A stretch of DNA of 64,000 nt from positions 1 through 64,000 of IMG/VR virus record IMGVR_UViG_3300045256_000294, one strand, 5' to 3'. Positions 40,077 through 49,612 of this stretch are shown in pieces. The first letter of the stretch is position 1, and every line of letters begins with the position of its first letter. The position numbers were made by a program, and so were the translations under genes. Below the pieces are notes generated by a model. It was given only the letters and a program-made list of their open reading frames with translations, had not been told where the DNA came from and ran no database searches. The stretch comes from a virus.

Positions 40077-41195
40077 TTACTCGTCGTCGTCTTCGAGTTG
40101 GCTCAGCAGGTTGTCGATGTCCGGATTCGCGGCTTCCTTCTTGCCGGCGGTGACTAGAGCAGGCTTCTCTTCCAGCGGGGCCTCGTCAGCGAGGTCGTCC
40201 GCGGCCGGCTTCTTCGCCGTCGTCGCGGCCTTGGCGGGCTTGACCGGCTCGTCGTCCTCGACGAGCGGAGCGGCCTTCTTGGTTGTGGTGCCAGCCTTGG
40301 AGGTCTGGGTCTGGCCAGTGCCGTCATCCCACTTGCCGGCCGGGGCGGACGACTTGGTGGCGGTGGCCGTCTCGTCTTCGTCGAACCCACCCGACTTCCC
40401 ATCCATGTGGGAGTCGTCGCCGTTGCTCATCACCTGGAAGACCTTCTTGATCTTCTCCATGCTCGGCACTTCGATCTTGGCGAACAGGTCGTGCCGGCTC
40501 TCCAGAAGCTTGGCGATCGCCGTCTCGTTGGGCGAACCGTCGGTGTTGCGGATCATCGGCCGCGGGGTGGCGAGGAACTTCGACGACTTGTACGAGTTGT
40601 TCTTCCCCTGCTTGGTGACCTGCAGTTCGAAGAGGAACGCGTTGTTCTCATCGAAGAACACCCCGAATGCCTCCGGGCTCTCCGGATCACCGGCGTCGTC
40701 ACGCATGAGCGTGGCGGTGCAGATGTCGAGGATGGTCTTGGGGGCGTTGTAGAACATCACCCTGTTGTGGAGGTCTTCCGGGTTCTTCTTCACGGCCGGG
40801 AAGAAGATGTTCATCATATAACACTGGTTCGGCATCCAGGTCTCGATGACCCTCCGCCGCTTTTGGTCGTCCTTGCTAATCTTCTCATCCTTGAGGAGAT
40901 CGAACCCGAACTTGCAGATGGGGCACTCGGTGTCGTCCCAGACCCGCGGGCAGGCGTGCGGCTTGTCGCCGAACCAGTGATTCCCGTGGGTCACGTAAAA
41001 CTGGTCCATCCCCTGCTTGGCCTTGCCACCCTTGATCTGCTCGCCCAGGCCGAAGGGCGGGAGGATAAAGAACTGGTAGCAGATCGGTGGCTGGTTGGGC
41101 TGAGCCTTCTCCGGCCGGAACTCGTCCGGGTCCGAGAACTTGCCCGACATGGCCTGCTTGATCTTCCTGCGAATGGCTTCGACGTCGTAAGGCAT
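40077..41195 (-). CDS. single-stranded DNA-binding protein (T4 gp32-like)
   Basis: ILPP, H.W...CP...CPIC, Y..S.F, acidic tail DIDNLLSQLEDDDE. Confidence 0.85.
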   Translation of the reverse strand: MPYDVEAIRRKIKQAMSGKFSDPDEFRPEKAQPNQPPICYQFFILPPFGLGEQIKGGKAKQGMDQFYVTHGNHWFGDKPHACPRVWDDTECPICKFGFDLLKDEKISKDDQKRRRVIETWMPNQCYMMNIFFPAVKKNPEDLHNRVMFYNAPKTILDICTATLMRDDAGDPESPEAFGVFFDENNAFLFELQVTKQGKNNSYKSSKFLATPRPMIRNTDGSPNETAIAKLLESRHDLFAKIEVPSMEKIKKVFQVMSNGDDSHMDGKSGGFDEDETATATKSSAPAGKWDDGTGQTQTSKAGTTTKKAAPLVEDDEPVKPAKAATTAKKPAADDLADEAPLEEKPALVTAGKKEAANPDIDNLLSQLEDDDE

Positions 41196-41306
41196 CTGTG
41201 CACCTGTTGGTTATGCAACTTTGGGACTGCAACTTACCAGCTTAGCCGCCACAACCCCCCATAGAGGGTTTCTGGTTTCGGGCCGCGGCCGGTCATCTTT
41301 GGCAAA

Positions 41307-41861
41307 TCAGCGTTGGTTGTCCCACTCTTGCTTTTTTAAGCCTAGCAAGGACCTCGCTAGCTCGGCCTTCATTTTGAGGGCCTCAATCATGTGGTACAGT
41401 TTCCCCGCCTGCATCTGAGCATGCTGAAAACCCATCTCCGCCTCGTTCAACCGCTTGTCCGCTTCCACAATCTGCATGAGGACTTTTTCTGCGGGCGGCT
41501 TCCCCACCTCCTTTATGAATTCCTGGGTAACGAGCTTCGTAACCTCGGCCTTCCTAGCCTTGAGCTTCCGCTCGGCGATCGCCACTCCTAGGCGAACTTC
41601 GGAGTAGACTGCTGCCCAAAACGAATATTGGGCCGGCAGGTCCTGCATCTGGAATTCCAGGATGTCAATGTCCAGGTCCAGATCAGGCAGGATATCAACT
41701 TCGACTTCTTTCCTCTTGTTCTTCTGCTCCTCTTCGTCCCACTCCATCACCTGCAGCTTCACATTAAACTTGAAGAGCGTGCTCGTTGCGAGTTCAGTAG
41801 GCAGGTTGGCGTCGATCCACTTCGGCAAGCGATCGTTCTGTGGAATCTTCTTACGAGCCAT
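41307..41861 (-). CDS. UvsY-like recombination mediator
   Basis: DL.ID...L...P..Y..WA, coiled coil, EALKMK; adjacent to SSB. Confidence 0.6.
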   Translation of the reverse strand: MARKKIPQNDRLPKWIDANLPTELATSTLFKFNVKLQVMEWDEEEQKNKRKEVEVDILPDLDLDIDILEFQMQDLPAQYSFWAAVYSEVRLGVAIAERKLKARKAEVTKLVTQEFIKEVGKPPAEKVLMQIVEADKRLNEAEMGFQHAQMQAGKLYHMIEALKMKAELARSLLGLKKQEWDNQR

Positions 41862-42276
41862 GTTTCGGCATCCACGCAGATTTATCGAATCCCGCCGGTT
41901 TCTCCGGAATGGAGGCTGGCGGAGTGACTAGTTCAGGTGATGCCGACTGCTCCCCAGAAGGTCGCCAAGCCGACCTGTTAAAGCCGCCAGTCTTCAACAC
42001 GTTCTTGGCCGCTCGAACAGTGCCGCTACCCCTAGGTTTGCTACACGGTTGTTCAGTAGTCAGGGATACCCCATTGGTGGTAGCACCACCCTGCCACGCA
42101 CCCCTGTCGAAAGTAGGTTTCACCACCTGCTGAACGATGCTACTCCGGATCTCCCGCTTGATCGTCGCCGCCCGCTTCTTCTCCAGATCCTTCCGACGTG
42201 CCAGCTTCTCCGCCTTCCGCTTCTTCTTGCGGATCGCTGCTTTCTTCCTGATCTCGTGCTTCTTCCGGTCGGACAT
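41851..42276 (-). CDS. basic hypothetical protein
   Basis: Lys/Arg-rich N-terminus; three F[DN][RK].AW repeats. Confidence 0.6.
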   Translation of the reverse strand: MSDRKKHEIRKKAAIRKKKRKAEKLARRKDLEKKRAATIKREIRSSIVQQVVKPTFDRGAWQGGATTNGVSLTTEQPCSKPRGSGTVRAAKNVLKTGGFNRSAWRPSGEQSASPELVTPPASIPEKPAGFDKSAWMPKHGS

Positions 42277-43504
42277 ACTGGATTCCAGTCGGGCGGACAA
42301 TCGCTTTAAGTTTCCACTTCCGCCATTTCTTACCAATACTTACTTTCAAAGGGAAAGCCGGATTGGATGGCAACAACCCCTCAAACGGATACAGCATAAT
42401 CTCAGATACCGCCCGGAGAGTCGCCATCGCTTCCTCGTTCGTCGCCGGGCTCGACACCACCAAGGAGTCATGGCCCTCCATCAGCAGCCGTTCACCGAAC
42501 CTCGCCCAAACCCGACGAATCACATTCTGCATAGCATGAGCCACACTACCCTGCTGAACGCCGTTGAGTACCGCCAAGGCATTCTTAGCATGGGCTACCC
42601 GGAAACGACGGCCCAAAATCGTCTCCAGGTAGCCACCATCCTCACTAGTGATCTTCTTACACCGCCCGATCCAATCCCCAAGTTGCGGGTAGATGCTGGT
42701 CAGGGCGATACTGGTGAAGTCCATCGAGTTGATAGACTGGAGTAAGAGCTTCTTGCACTCCTCACGACCCAAAGTCTTGTTCGAGTTGGCGTTGACCTCG
42801 GCCATCATGTAGGTGTATGGGTCAGACGAGATGAACGCATCCTCCAACCGCTTGTCACCCGACAGAAGTGCCGCCACGCGGATGTCCGCACTAATCCAGT
42901 CGAAATGCAGGACGACTTCTTTCTCGCTGGCCCCAGGTTGGATAACGTAGTATGGTTCTTTGAAGCCCTGGATGTTGAACCCGGAAGTCTTACTACGGCC
43001 AGAAAAGACCTTTTGAGACCAGACCGGATTCTCCCGAACGTAGTTGCACCACAGGCCACGGTCTTCAATGGCCTGATAGACTACACCGGCATTAGCAAAG
43101 ACGCGGTTCCACTCCTTGAGTTTGGTCTTGGTCATCCGTTCCAAGACCTTCTTGATGATCTCGGTGTCCTTACTCAAGGTCTCAGAGGGCTTGATGTCCG
43201 GGAGTATCGCAAGGTCGTAGACGTTGTAGTAAGGACTACCATCTGGGCGTGACGCACGGCGTGGTAGGTTGAAAGCCTTGACGTGGCTCTTGAAATCGTT
43301 GGTGACTATGCTAATGTTCTTGTCCGATGCCTCGGTGATTAGGCGAGCGACTTTGGCTTTGTTGTCGTTGACTACTTTGATCAGGGTCCGGGAGCCAGGG
43401 CGGTAGAAATCGAAGATCTGTACTTGGTTACCAGCCAGGACGCCAGTACAGCGTGGCCTACCTCCGTCGTTCTCGAAGATGGTGAACAAATACAGATTCT
43501 TCAT
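42140..43504 (-). CDS. minimal family A DNA polymerase domain
   Basis: SGR, motif A DWISADIRVAALLSGD, DPY, ETILGRR, NGVQQGSVA, motif C HDSLV. Confidence 0.82.
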   Translation of the reverse strand: MKNLYLFTIFENDGGRPRCTGVLAGNQVQIFDFYRPGSRTLIKVVNDNKAKVARLITEASDKNISIVTNDFKSHVKAFNLPRRASRPDGSPYYNVYDLAILPDIKPSETLSKDTEIIKKVLERMTKTKLKEWNRVFANAGVVYQAIEDRGLWCNYVRENPVWSQKVFSGRSKTSGFNIQGFKEPYYVIQPGASEKEVVLHFDWISADIRVAALLSGDKRLEDAFISSDPYTYMMAEVNANSNKTLGREECKKLLLQSINSMDFTSIALTSIYPQLGDWIGRCKKITSEDGGYLETILGRRFRVAHAKNALAVLNGVQQGSVAHAMQNVIRRVWARFGERLLMEGHDSLVVSSPATNEEAMATLRAVSEIMLYPFEGLLPSNPAFPLKVSIGKKWRKWKLKAIVRPTGIQYVRPEEARDQEESSDPQEEAEGGEAGTSEGSGEEAGGDDQAGDPE

Positions 43505-43569
43505 GGCTCCCCGCTTTTGGCCAAAAGGCCAAACACGGGCAGACTAGTCTGCCATCAGGACTCCCATGG

Positions 43570-44058
43570 CTAGCTGGAAGAAGCGGGCGGCAGACTGGCC
43601 GGCGGATCTGGGGTGTTAACGGCATCACGGACGGCCTTCTCCATTTCACCGCCGCCCATGACCATATGCTTGGAGTTTGGGTTGTGCTGACCGGCCCGCT
43701 TGAACTTGGCCTTCATCTCATCGACTTCGCCGGCCACCCGCATCTCCTTGTAAGGATCGTCGGTGACCAGCTTGTGTAGGTGCATGTCCCGCTTGCAGCC
43801 ATCACGGTCGAGATAACCGTTGCCGCGGACGTAGAAGGTCTGGTTGTAACCGTAGAAAGTCCGCTCACACTCTTTCGAGTTGCACCGTGGGCAGGTCATC
43901 GCCTCGGCGATTTCTTGGTCGGTGGCACTGAAGGCGTATCCGGTTTCGAACAGGACGAGTTCTTCGTACTCCTCCGTCGTCCGCTCCCGCTTGTCCTTCT
44001 TGAGCTTACGCTCTAGCTTCTTCTCGCACTTTTTGCAGGCAGCGTAGAAGGTGGGCAT
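43570..44058 (-). CDS. FmdB-like zinc ribbon protein
   Basis: MPTFYAACKKC...FE...CPRC...GNGY. Confidence 0.65.
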   Translation of the reverse strand: MPTFYAACKKCEKKLERKLKKDKRERTTEEYEELVLFETGYAFSATDQEIAEAMTCPRCNSKECERTFYGYNQTFYVRGNGYLDRDGCKRDMHLHKLVTDDPYKEMRVAGEVDEMKAKFKRAGQHNPNSKHMVMGGGEMEKAVRDAVNTPDPPASLPPASSS

Positions 44059-44303
44059 TAAACACCCTGTTCGTAGCGGACTGGCCAACTGTTGAAAGTG
44101 GTCATCCCACCTACTTCAGCGGCCTGTAGGTCCTTGACATAGACCACGATCTCCCGTTTTTCACGCTTGTCGGTCGCCGCGGCCCGCTCTGGGGACTGAG
44201 AGAAGACCTGACAGCGGATAAACCAGGGGACGCCCAAGAGCCTCTTGTGTAGCTCCTGGGCAGCCTCGTGGATGCTGGTGAGATGCTTGAGGTTGCGGCT
44301 CAC
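44058..44303 (-). CDS. hypothetical protein
   Basis: 81-aa ORF in operon. Confidence 0.6.
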   Translation of the reverse strand: MSRNLKHLTSIHEAAQELHKRLLGVPWFIRCQVFSQSPERAAATDKREKREIVVYVKDLQAAEVGGMTTFNSWPVRYEQGV

Positions 44304-44305
44304 GG

Positions 44306-44764
44306 TTACTCCTGGGCCGGCTCGTCTTCCACGATCTTGAACGGCACCGCCTTCAGACCGCAGATGACGGCTCGCTCCGGCACGATAATGATCTTCTGGC
44401 CGGCGTACACGCCGGACTTCGGCTCCAGAGCGGTAGTCGGGTTGCCGTAGAAGCTCACCACGTCGCCGATCTGGAGTTGGCTGGGTACCCGCTTGCCGTC
44501 CGACCCCGGCAGACCCGGACCGACGCCGACGACCATTCCCTCGTTCTTGTAGCCGTGGTTCCCGGTCATCAGGATGCTGGATTCGACTCGAAATTGCAGG
44601 ATGGCAACGAAGTCGTTGAAGGTGCGGACCTTCTTGACGGGGATCTCTTCGCCGGGCTTGTACACCTTCACGGTGGCCTCGCGTTCGGCCTGCCGGCGGT
44701 CAGCCTCCCGCTCGGCTGCAGCACTCTCTTCACGCAGAAGCTTCTGACTCTTCGGAGGGGGCAT
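44306..44764 (-). CDS. GroES-like co-chaperonin
   Basis: G.VVGVGPG....GKRVP..QIGDVV.F...I..E..VI. Confidence 0.8.
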   Translation of the reverse strand: MPPPKSQKLLREESAAAEREADRRQAEREATVKVYKPGEEIPVKKVRTFNDFVAILQFRVESSILMTGNHGYKNEGMVVGVGPGLPGSDGKRVPSQLQIGDVVSFYGNPTTALEPKSGVYAGQKIIIVPERAVICGLKAVPFKIVEDEPAQE

Positions 44765-44807
44765 TCTAGCAAACTCCCGGTAGTAGCGGACGAGTCTGTC
44801 GAACCGC

Positions 44808-45059
44808 CTACTTACTTTCTGGAACCGGCTCTACTGCGGGTGGTGTGGGGTCTGTCGCCAGGACCTGTAACAGGTCCTTGTAGGAATGCTTGGGATTGGT
44901 GACGAAGACCGCCTTGGTCTTGCGTTGAGGAATGGGTGGGGCGTCAGCGACCTTCACCTGTAGACAGGTCCCGTCCGGAACCAGAGAGAACCCCGTCCTT
45001 TGCATCGTCTCCCCAATCGTCTTGGGGACATCAACCTCCAATAGTACCAACATCTTCAT
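44808..45059 (-). CDS. hypothetical protein
   Basis: ATGA-coupled to the helicase gene. Confidence 0.6.
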   Translation of the reverse strand: MKMLVLLEVDVPKTIGETMQRTGFSLVPDGTCLQVKVADAPPIPQRKTKAVFVTNPKHSYKDLLQVLATDPTPPAVEPVPESK

Positions 45060-46402
45060 AGCAATTCCTTCACAACCATGGTGTCGTAGTTAATCTCGCA
45101 GGAGATCGTAACGTGCTTGGGGCCGTTACGATTCTTCGCTACGAAGAAGCGCAGTCGCGGCGGGGTCATCTGCCTCTCGGAACGAGTCTGGTTGAGACTG
45201 ATGACGTAGTCAAGGGAGAACTGCTTGCCAAAGCTCTCCGCCGCCTTAGTCAGGTCAACCAACTCCTCTCCATTGGAACCACTCCGGTTCGTCTGGGTGG
45301 CGGTGAAGATCAGAACGTTCTCATTTTTGGCTAGACCGCGGACCTCGTTGGCCACGTGCTTCTGCCGCGTGTAGTCATCCTTGTTGTACGCGGGATTTCT
45401 ACTTACCATCAGATCCATGTAGTCGATGATGATAACGTCTGGCTTCCACCCATGCACCCGCTTGAGGCTGTCCAGCAGAGCATAGATGTGGTTAACCGAG
45501 CATTCATCAGGCGGCATCTCATGGATCAAGAACCGCTTCCCGTACGCCTTCTGCATTGACAGCATATTGCGACGGATGTACTCCTTGCGGTCAGCGATGT
45601 CGTTAATCGGCACGCCGAACGCACTCGCCACACACCGCATCGCCGTCTTGATCGCGTCGAGCTCGAACGTGATGAGCAGCACATCCTGGCCCGGCACCCC
45701 ACCCGGCCCTTCTCCCTTGAGGCTGGTAATGGCGTTGTTACACAACAACACCGATTTCCCGACGTTCGTACCGGCCAGCCAGCACACGACTTCCTTGACA
45801 GACGGACCACCGTTGTTGAGCAGACGGTCGAGGCTGGGGAAACCCGTTGTCTTGTGTTGAATGACATCAGGCTGGAACAGTAGTTCAGCGTTCTCGAAGA
45901 ACCAGAACCCGGAATTGCCGACATCAGCGATACGGTTGGCTTCCTGGACGATGTTCTCAATGAAAGCATAGTCCTGGCGGTGATACGCCTCTACCGCCTC
46001 ATCGGAATAGAGCATGCCGTAGGCCCGATCCCTGGACCACTTAAGGATCGTGTCCTTGACCATAGGGACCTCCCGCGGGTCGCTCTTGCGATCTACGATG
46101 CGGAGGATCTCGTCGTGCGGGTCGTCTACGGTGACTGATAGTTCGAGTTGATCCCGCAGCATGCCGCGGGTGGGGATGACGTTGTGTTTCTCGTAGATGT
46201 TCAGGATCTCCGCCATGATCCACCGGGCTTCAAGCCGCCCAAACATGTCAGGCTTCATGAAACGAGCGGCGACGTAGAAGAAATCCGGATGGTCAAGAGC
46301 CAACGAGATGATCGCTTCTTCTTGGTACGGCCCGAAAGGTCGAGCCTGACTATCTTGACCGCTGAGCGATTCCAGCTTCTCCAGGGTGTCGATAGTAGGC
46401 AT
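45056..46402 (-). CDS. DnaB-like replicative helicase (T4 gp41-like)
   Basis: TGFPSLD, Walker A GTNVGKS, IIIDYMDL, TATQTNR, AES, KNRNG. Confidence 0.95.
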   Translation of the reverse strand: MPTIDTLEKLESLSGQDSQARPFGPYQEEAIISLALDHPDFFYVAARFMKPDMFGRLEARWIMAEILNIYEKHNVIPTRGMLRDQLELSVTVDDPHDEILRIVDRKSDPREVPMVKDTILKWSRDRAYGMLYSDEAVEAYHRQDYAFIENIVQEANRIADVGNSGFWFFENAELLFQPDVIQHKTTGFPSLDRLLNNGGPSVKEVVCWLAGTNVGKSVLLCNNAITSLKGEGPGGVPGQDVLLITFELDAIKTAMRCVASAFGVPINDIADRKEYIRRNMLSMQKAYGKRFLIHEMPPDECSVNHIYALLDSLKRVHGWKPDVIIIDYMDLMVSRNPAYNKDDYTRQKHVANEVRGLAKNENVLIFTATQTNRSGSNGEELVDLTKAAESFGKQFSLDYVISLNQTRSERQMTPPRLRFFVAKNRNGPKHVTISCEINYDTMVVKELL

Positions 46403-46407
46403 GGCCG

Positions 46408-46734
46408 TTAACCTTCTGTCGGATCATCCGGGCAGAATTTCTGCCGCTGTGCCTTGGCCCTCTCGTAGGACGCCTTGGCGTTCGCTTCCACCAACACGAG
46501 AGCGTCACACAGCAGCAGGAATTCATCCTCAGTGTAGTACAACGTCTGGGTGCTGATCTGGGATCGCCTCTCCATAGCCCCGCCCATCGACGGCGGTCCC
46601 AGCGAATAGTCAATGGAGTACATCCAGCCGTTCTGACCGAGATGTACACCACTGATTTTCACAGCCTCAAGGGTGCCGATCGCCGCCGACTCCCTGAGGT
46701 AGACAACATCACCAGGGTTGTACTTGTTACTCAT
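46408..46734 (-). CDS. hypothetical protein
   Basis: 108-aa ORF in operon. Confidence 0.7.
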   Translation of the reverse strand: MSNKYNPGDVVYLRESAAIGTLEAVKISGVHLGQNGWMYSIDYSLGPPSMGGAMERRSQISTQTLYYTEDEFLLLCDALVLVEANAKASYERAKAQRQKFCPDDPTEG

Positions 46735-48937
46735 CGGAGTCCTTCATGGCGTCGAGGATGTCGTCGTCGAGAGGGTCGCCCTCGTCATCCCCGCTGACCG
46801 TGGTCACCAGATGCTTCGTCCGGTCACGCAGGTTATCGTAGATTTTCCCCATCAGAGCATCCCGGATCGCGTCGTTCTTCCGCAGGAACTCCGCCGCCGC
46901 ATCATAGCCATTGACCTTCTGCCCCTCGAAGATGAAGTAGCTGGACGACTTCTCGATCAGCTTCATGTCCCCGGCCACCTTGAGCAACGACTCGACCGAA
47001 TCGACGCCGAAGCAGGGGTAACCGAACCGAATACCATACTCCGCGGTCGTGAACGGCGGGGCACACTTGTTCTTCTTGACCGAGAGGTTCGTCGAGAAGC
47101 CGATCGTCTCTTTCCCATCCTTCACCGCCGAGCCCTTGTTGATCTGGACACGGAGGCTGGCGTTGAACTTGAGGGCCAGACCGCCGGGGGTGGTGTCGGG
47201 AGAATTGTGGACGATGATGCCATTGGTGGAGCCCCCAGCGGAGTAACACTTTGTGTCACGCACGCTGATATCATACTTCCCCCTGTCCCTCATCTGCCGA
47301 CCACTGGCGCGGCGAATGCTGATGACCGTCGCCACCGCATTGCGCCACGCGGCGTCGCGTTCCAACGAGAATTCGACATAATCGCGGGAACCGAACGGTA
47401 GCTTACGTCGCATGCACGGCGGCACGAATTCAGCTATGTTCTCAGCGATGCGGGTGGATACATCTTTATCGAAAATAATTGAACCGCCCTCACTGACATA
47501 GTGATACAGACCAAGATCATCGAGAGCGCGACTAATCTCTTCGAGTTTATCAAAATTGCCGGCGAACCGCCTGACTGAAAGATGGTAACGACCACACTCG
47601 TAAACGGCGTCGTCCATAACCCACACGGCGAATCCTAACCACGAAAAATGGTTAAGCAGAAGCATCGGGTCCCGATGCGGATATTCGCCCTTCATCTGGA
47701 GTAGCTCAGGGTAACAGTCAGACTCGTACCGTTCTCCGGACGGACATGGACGTTTGGAGAATTCCATATAACTCTGCAGCTTGCCTACTTTCCATAGCGT
47801 ATAATCTGGATCAGTATTGCCTCTAAGTATCAGAGATGCCCCCAATCGCTTGGGGTTGTGAGATAGGTGAGAATCACCCGACAACACACCAGTGAGGAAC
47901 AGCCCTAGAGTACCATTCGGGCGATTACCATTCATGACGAATGCTGCTTGCCGGGTGACAACGACATCCCCGCCGGCCAACTCCTTGGCCTCACGCCACC
48001 CACTACTAGTCAGTATCTTGTGTTCCGGTGTTACCGTGACCTGCATGCGACCATTCTTGGTGTCAGGTCCCTTGACCTCAATCAACAGAAAATCGTCAGG
48101 GGTCTGCACATCACCATTGTAATGCCAGTCAGTGATCGGCCGGGCGACAAAAGTCTCCGCCTCTTCGTCGTAGCTCCAGACGTCCCCCCTGACTCTCTCC
48201 TGTACAACCTTGGCGATGGGTAGACTGCGGCCATCAACAAAGTTGATGAGAGTGTCGCCGTGCAGGCACCCAAACATGACACCGATCTTCTGCCTGATCT
48301 GGTTAATAAAGATCACGGTAGTCTTGGACTTCGAAGCCTTCCCGGCGATCATCCGCAAGCCCTTCGACATGAGCCGAGCCTGGGCACCGATCGCGTTGTC
48401 GCCGATTTCCCCTTCGAGTTCCTGCTTCGGGATAAGGTTGGCCACAGAGTCCACCACAACCAGATCGACCAGCCCCGACTCGCAAATCTTGTCCACGATA
48501 TCGAAGGCTTCCTCACCGGAGTTGGGCTGGCTGAACAGGAGGGCGTCCACATCCACGCCGCACTTTGCTGCCCATTCGGGGTCGAAGGCGTGCTCGGCGT
48601 CCACGAACGCACAGACCCCCTTGCGGTTCTTGTGCGGGAAGAAGTGCTTCTGGCAAGCGGCGATGAACTGGATGCAGGTGGTGGTCTTGCCTGAGGACTC
48701 CAATCCATATATCTCGACGATACGACCTTCTGGTAGTCCTCCCACCCCGAAGGCTACGTCGATGGTGGGTACTAGAGTGGGGATGGCGTAGGTCCTGACG
48801 ATGTTCTCGCGGCCCTGCATGATGGTGCCGTCACCGTGGGCCTTGTTGAGGGACTTAATCAAAGCCCCCAGGTCCTTTGGCTTCTCGGCTTTTTTCTTCT
48901 TGTCGTCCTTCTCGTCGCTTTCCTTGGCCTTGGCCAT
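46727..48937 (-). CDS. recA: RecA/UvsX recombinase containing an intein
   Basis: GGLPEGRIVEIYGLESSGKTT, DAEHA, VVDSVA, QARLMS, FINQIR.KIGVMFG|intein|SPDTTPGG.ALKF, KNK.APP. Confidence 0.96.
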   Translation of the reverse strand: MAKAKESDEKDDKKKKAEKPKDLGALIKSLNKAHGDGTIMQGRENIVRTYAIPTLVPTIDVAFGVGGLPEGRIVEIYGLESSGKTTTCIQFIAACQKHFFPHKNRKGVCAFVDAEHAFDPEWAAKCGVDVDALLFSQPNSGEEAFDIVDKICESGLVDLVVVDSVANLIPKQELEGEIGDNAIGAQARLMSKGLRMIAGKASKSKTTVIFINQIRQKIGVMFGCLHGDTLINFVDGRSLPIAKVVQERVRGDVWSYDEEAETFVARPITDWHYNGDVQTPDDFLLIEVKGPDTKNGRMQVTVTPEHKILTSSGWREAKELAGGDVVVTRQAAFVMNGNRPNGTLGLFLTGVLSGDSHLSHNPKRLGASLILRGNTDPDYTLWKVGKLQSYMEFSKRPCPSGERYESDCYPELLQMKGEYPHRDPMLLLNHFSWLGFAVWVMDDAVYECGRYHLSVRRFAGNFDKLEEISRALDDLGLYHYVSEGGSIIFDKDVSTRIAENIAEFVPPCMRRKLPFGSRDYVEFSLERDAAWRNAVATVISIRRASGRQMRDRGKYDISVRDTKCYSAGGSTNGIIVHNSPDTTPGGLALKFNASLRVQINKGSAVKDGKETIGFSTNLSVKKNKCAPPFTTAEYGIRFGYPCFGVDSVESLLKVAGDMKLIEKSSSYFIFEGQKVNGYDAAAEFLRKNDAIRDALMGKIYDNLRDRTKHLVTTVSGDDEGDPLDDDILDAMKDSDE
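47204..48268 (-). mobile_element. intein with LAGLIDADG endonuclease (355 aa) in recA
   Basis: CLHGDT start, VTPEH, TGVLSGDS, AVWVMDD, YDISV...IIVHN|S end. Confidence 0.95.
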
Positions 48938-49208
48938 CGGTGAATCTCCCCAGAGGTGCGAGTATGGCGTCAATGTCGTATGCTGCCACTTTCAAAACAT
49001 CCATAGCAGGAATGCGGATAGTGGCACCATGCTTGACGACAAGCAGGTCGTGTCCATCTTCGACGGGAATGATCGACGCCACACTCCACACCCCCTTGGG
49101 AGATACCGATGCCTCAGGGGGTGCTGAGAGGTACTTGACATTTCGAGTGGTACGTAGTCGCACTTGGTCGAACTGACGAAACTCGATCGATTCCTGCTGT
49201 TCAAACAT
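48855..49208 (-). CDS. hypothetical protein
   Basis: 117-aa ORF upstream of recA. Confidence 0.65.
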   Translation of the reverse strand: MFEQQESIEFRQFDQVRLRTTRNVKYLSAPPEASVSPKGVWSVASIIPVEDGHDLLVVKHGATIRIPAMDVLKVAAYDIDAILAPLGRFTDGQGQGKRREGRQEEKSREAKGPGGFD

Positions 49209-49231
49209 ATCTTGCAGAGCCTCGGCTTATG

Positions 49232-49579
49232 GTGAACTACCGCTACCCTCTGCTTTCGCTCGCAGAGAGGTGGCGGCTTCGGGTTTCACTGAGAATTGCA
49301 TCCTTGCGGAAGTCATCTCTCCACCCACTAACCCCGTAGTTCCTACGGTTCTTTTTCCTTCCATCAAGATGTTCTTCGCCGCATTGAAGTCCCTGTCATG
49401 TTCCACCTGCAAGTACAGGAAGAAGTTGTTGCGGGAACAGTGATAGATAGTTTAACTGAGTGTAGTCCGTAGTTGCTCCTATGGCTCACATTCATCCCCT
49501 ACCCTAAAGAAGCGACTACTGTTCGCAGAGCCTCACAGTGGTCGTGCCTTCAGCATAGGGGCTTTCTGCTCGCTTATTG
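49232..49579 (-). mobile_element. non-autonomous IS200/IS605 (IS608-like) miniature element with tnpB 3' remnant
   Basis: TTAC|CAA...AAAG-CCCCTA...TAGGGG left end; HDRDFNAAKNIL TnpB C-terminus; right end GAAG-hairpin-GGTAGTTCAC. Confidence 0.85.
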
Positions 49580-49612
49580 GTAAAGCAAATCTGAAACAGG
49601 AGGATGTGAACA

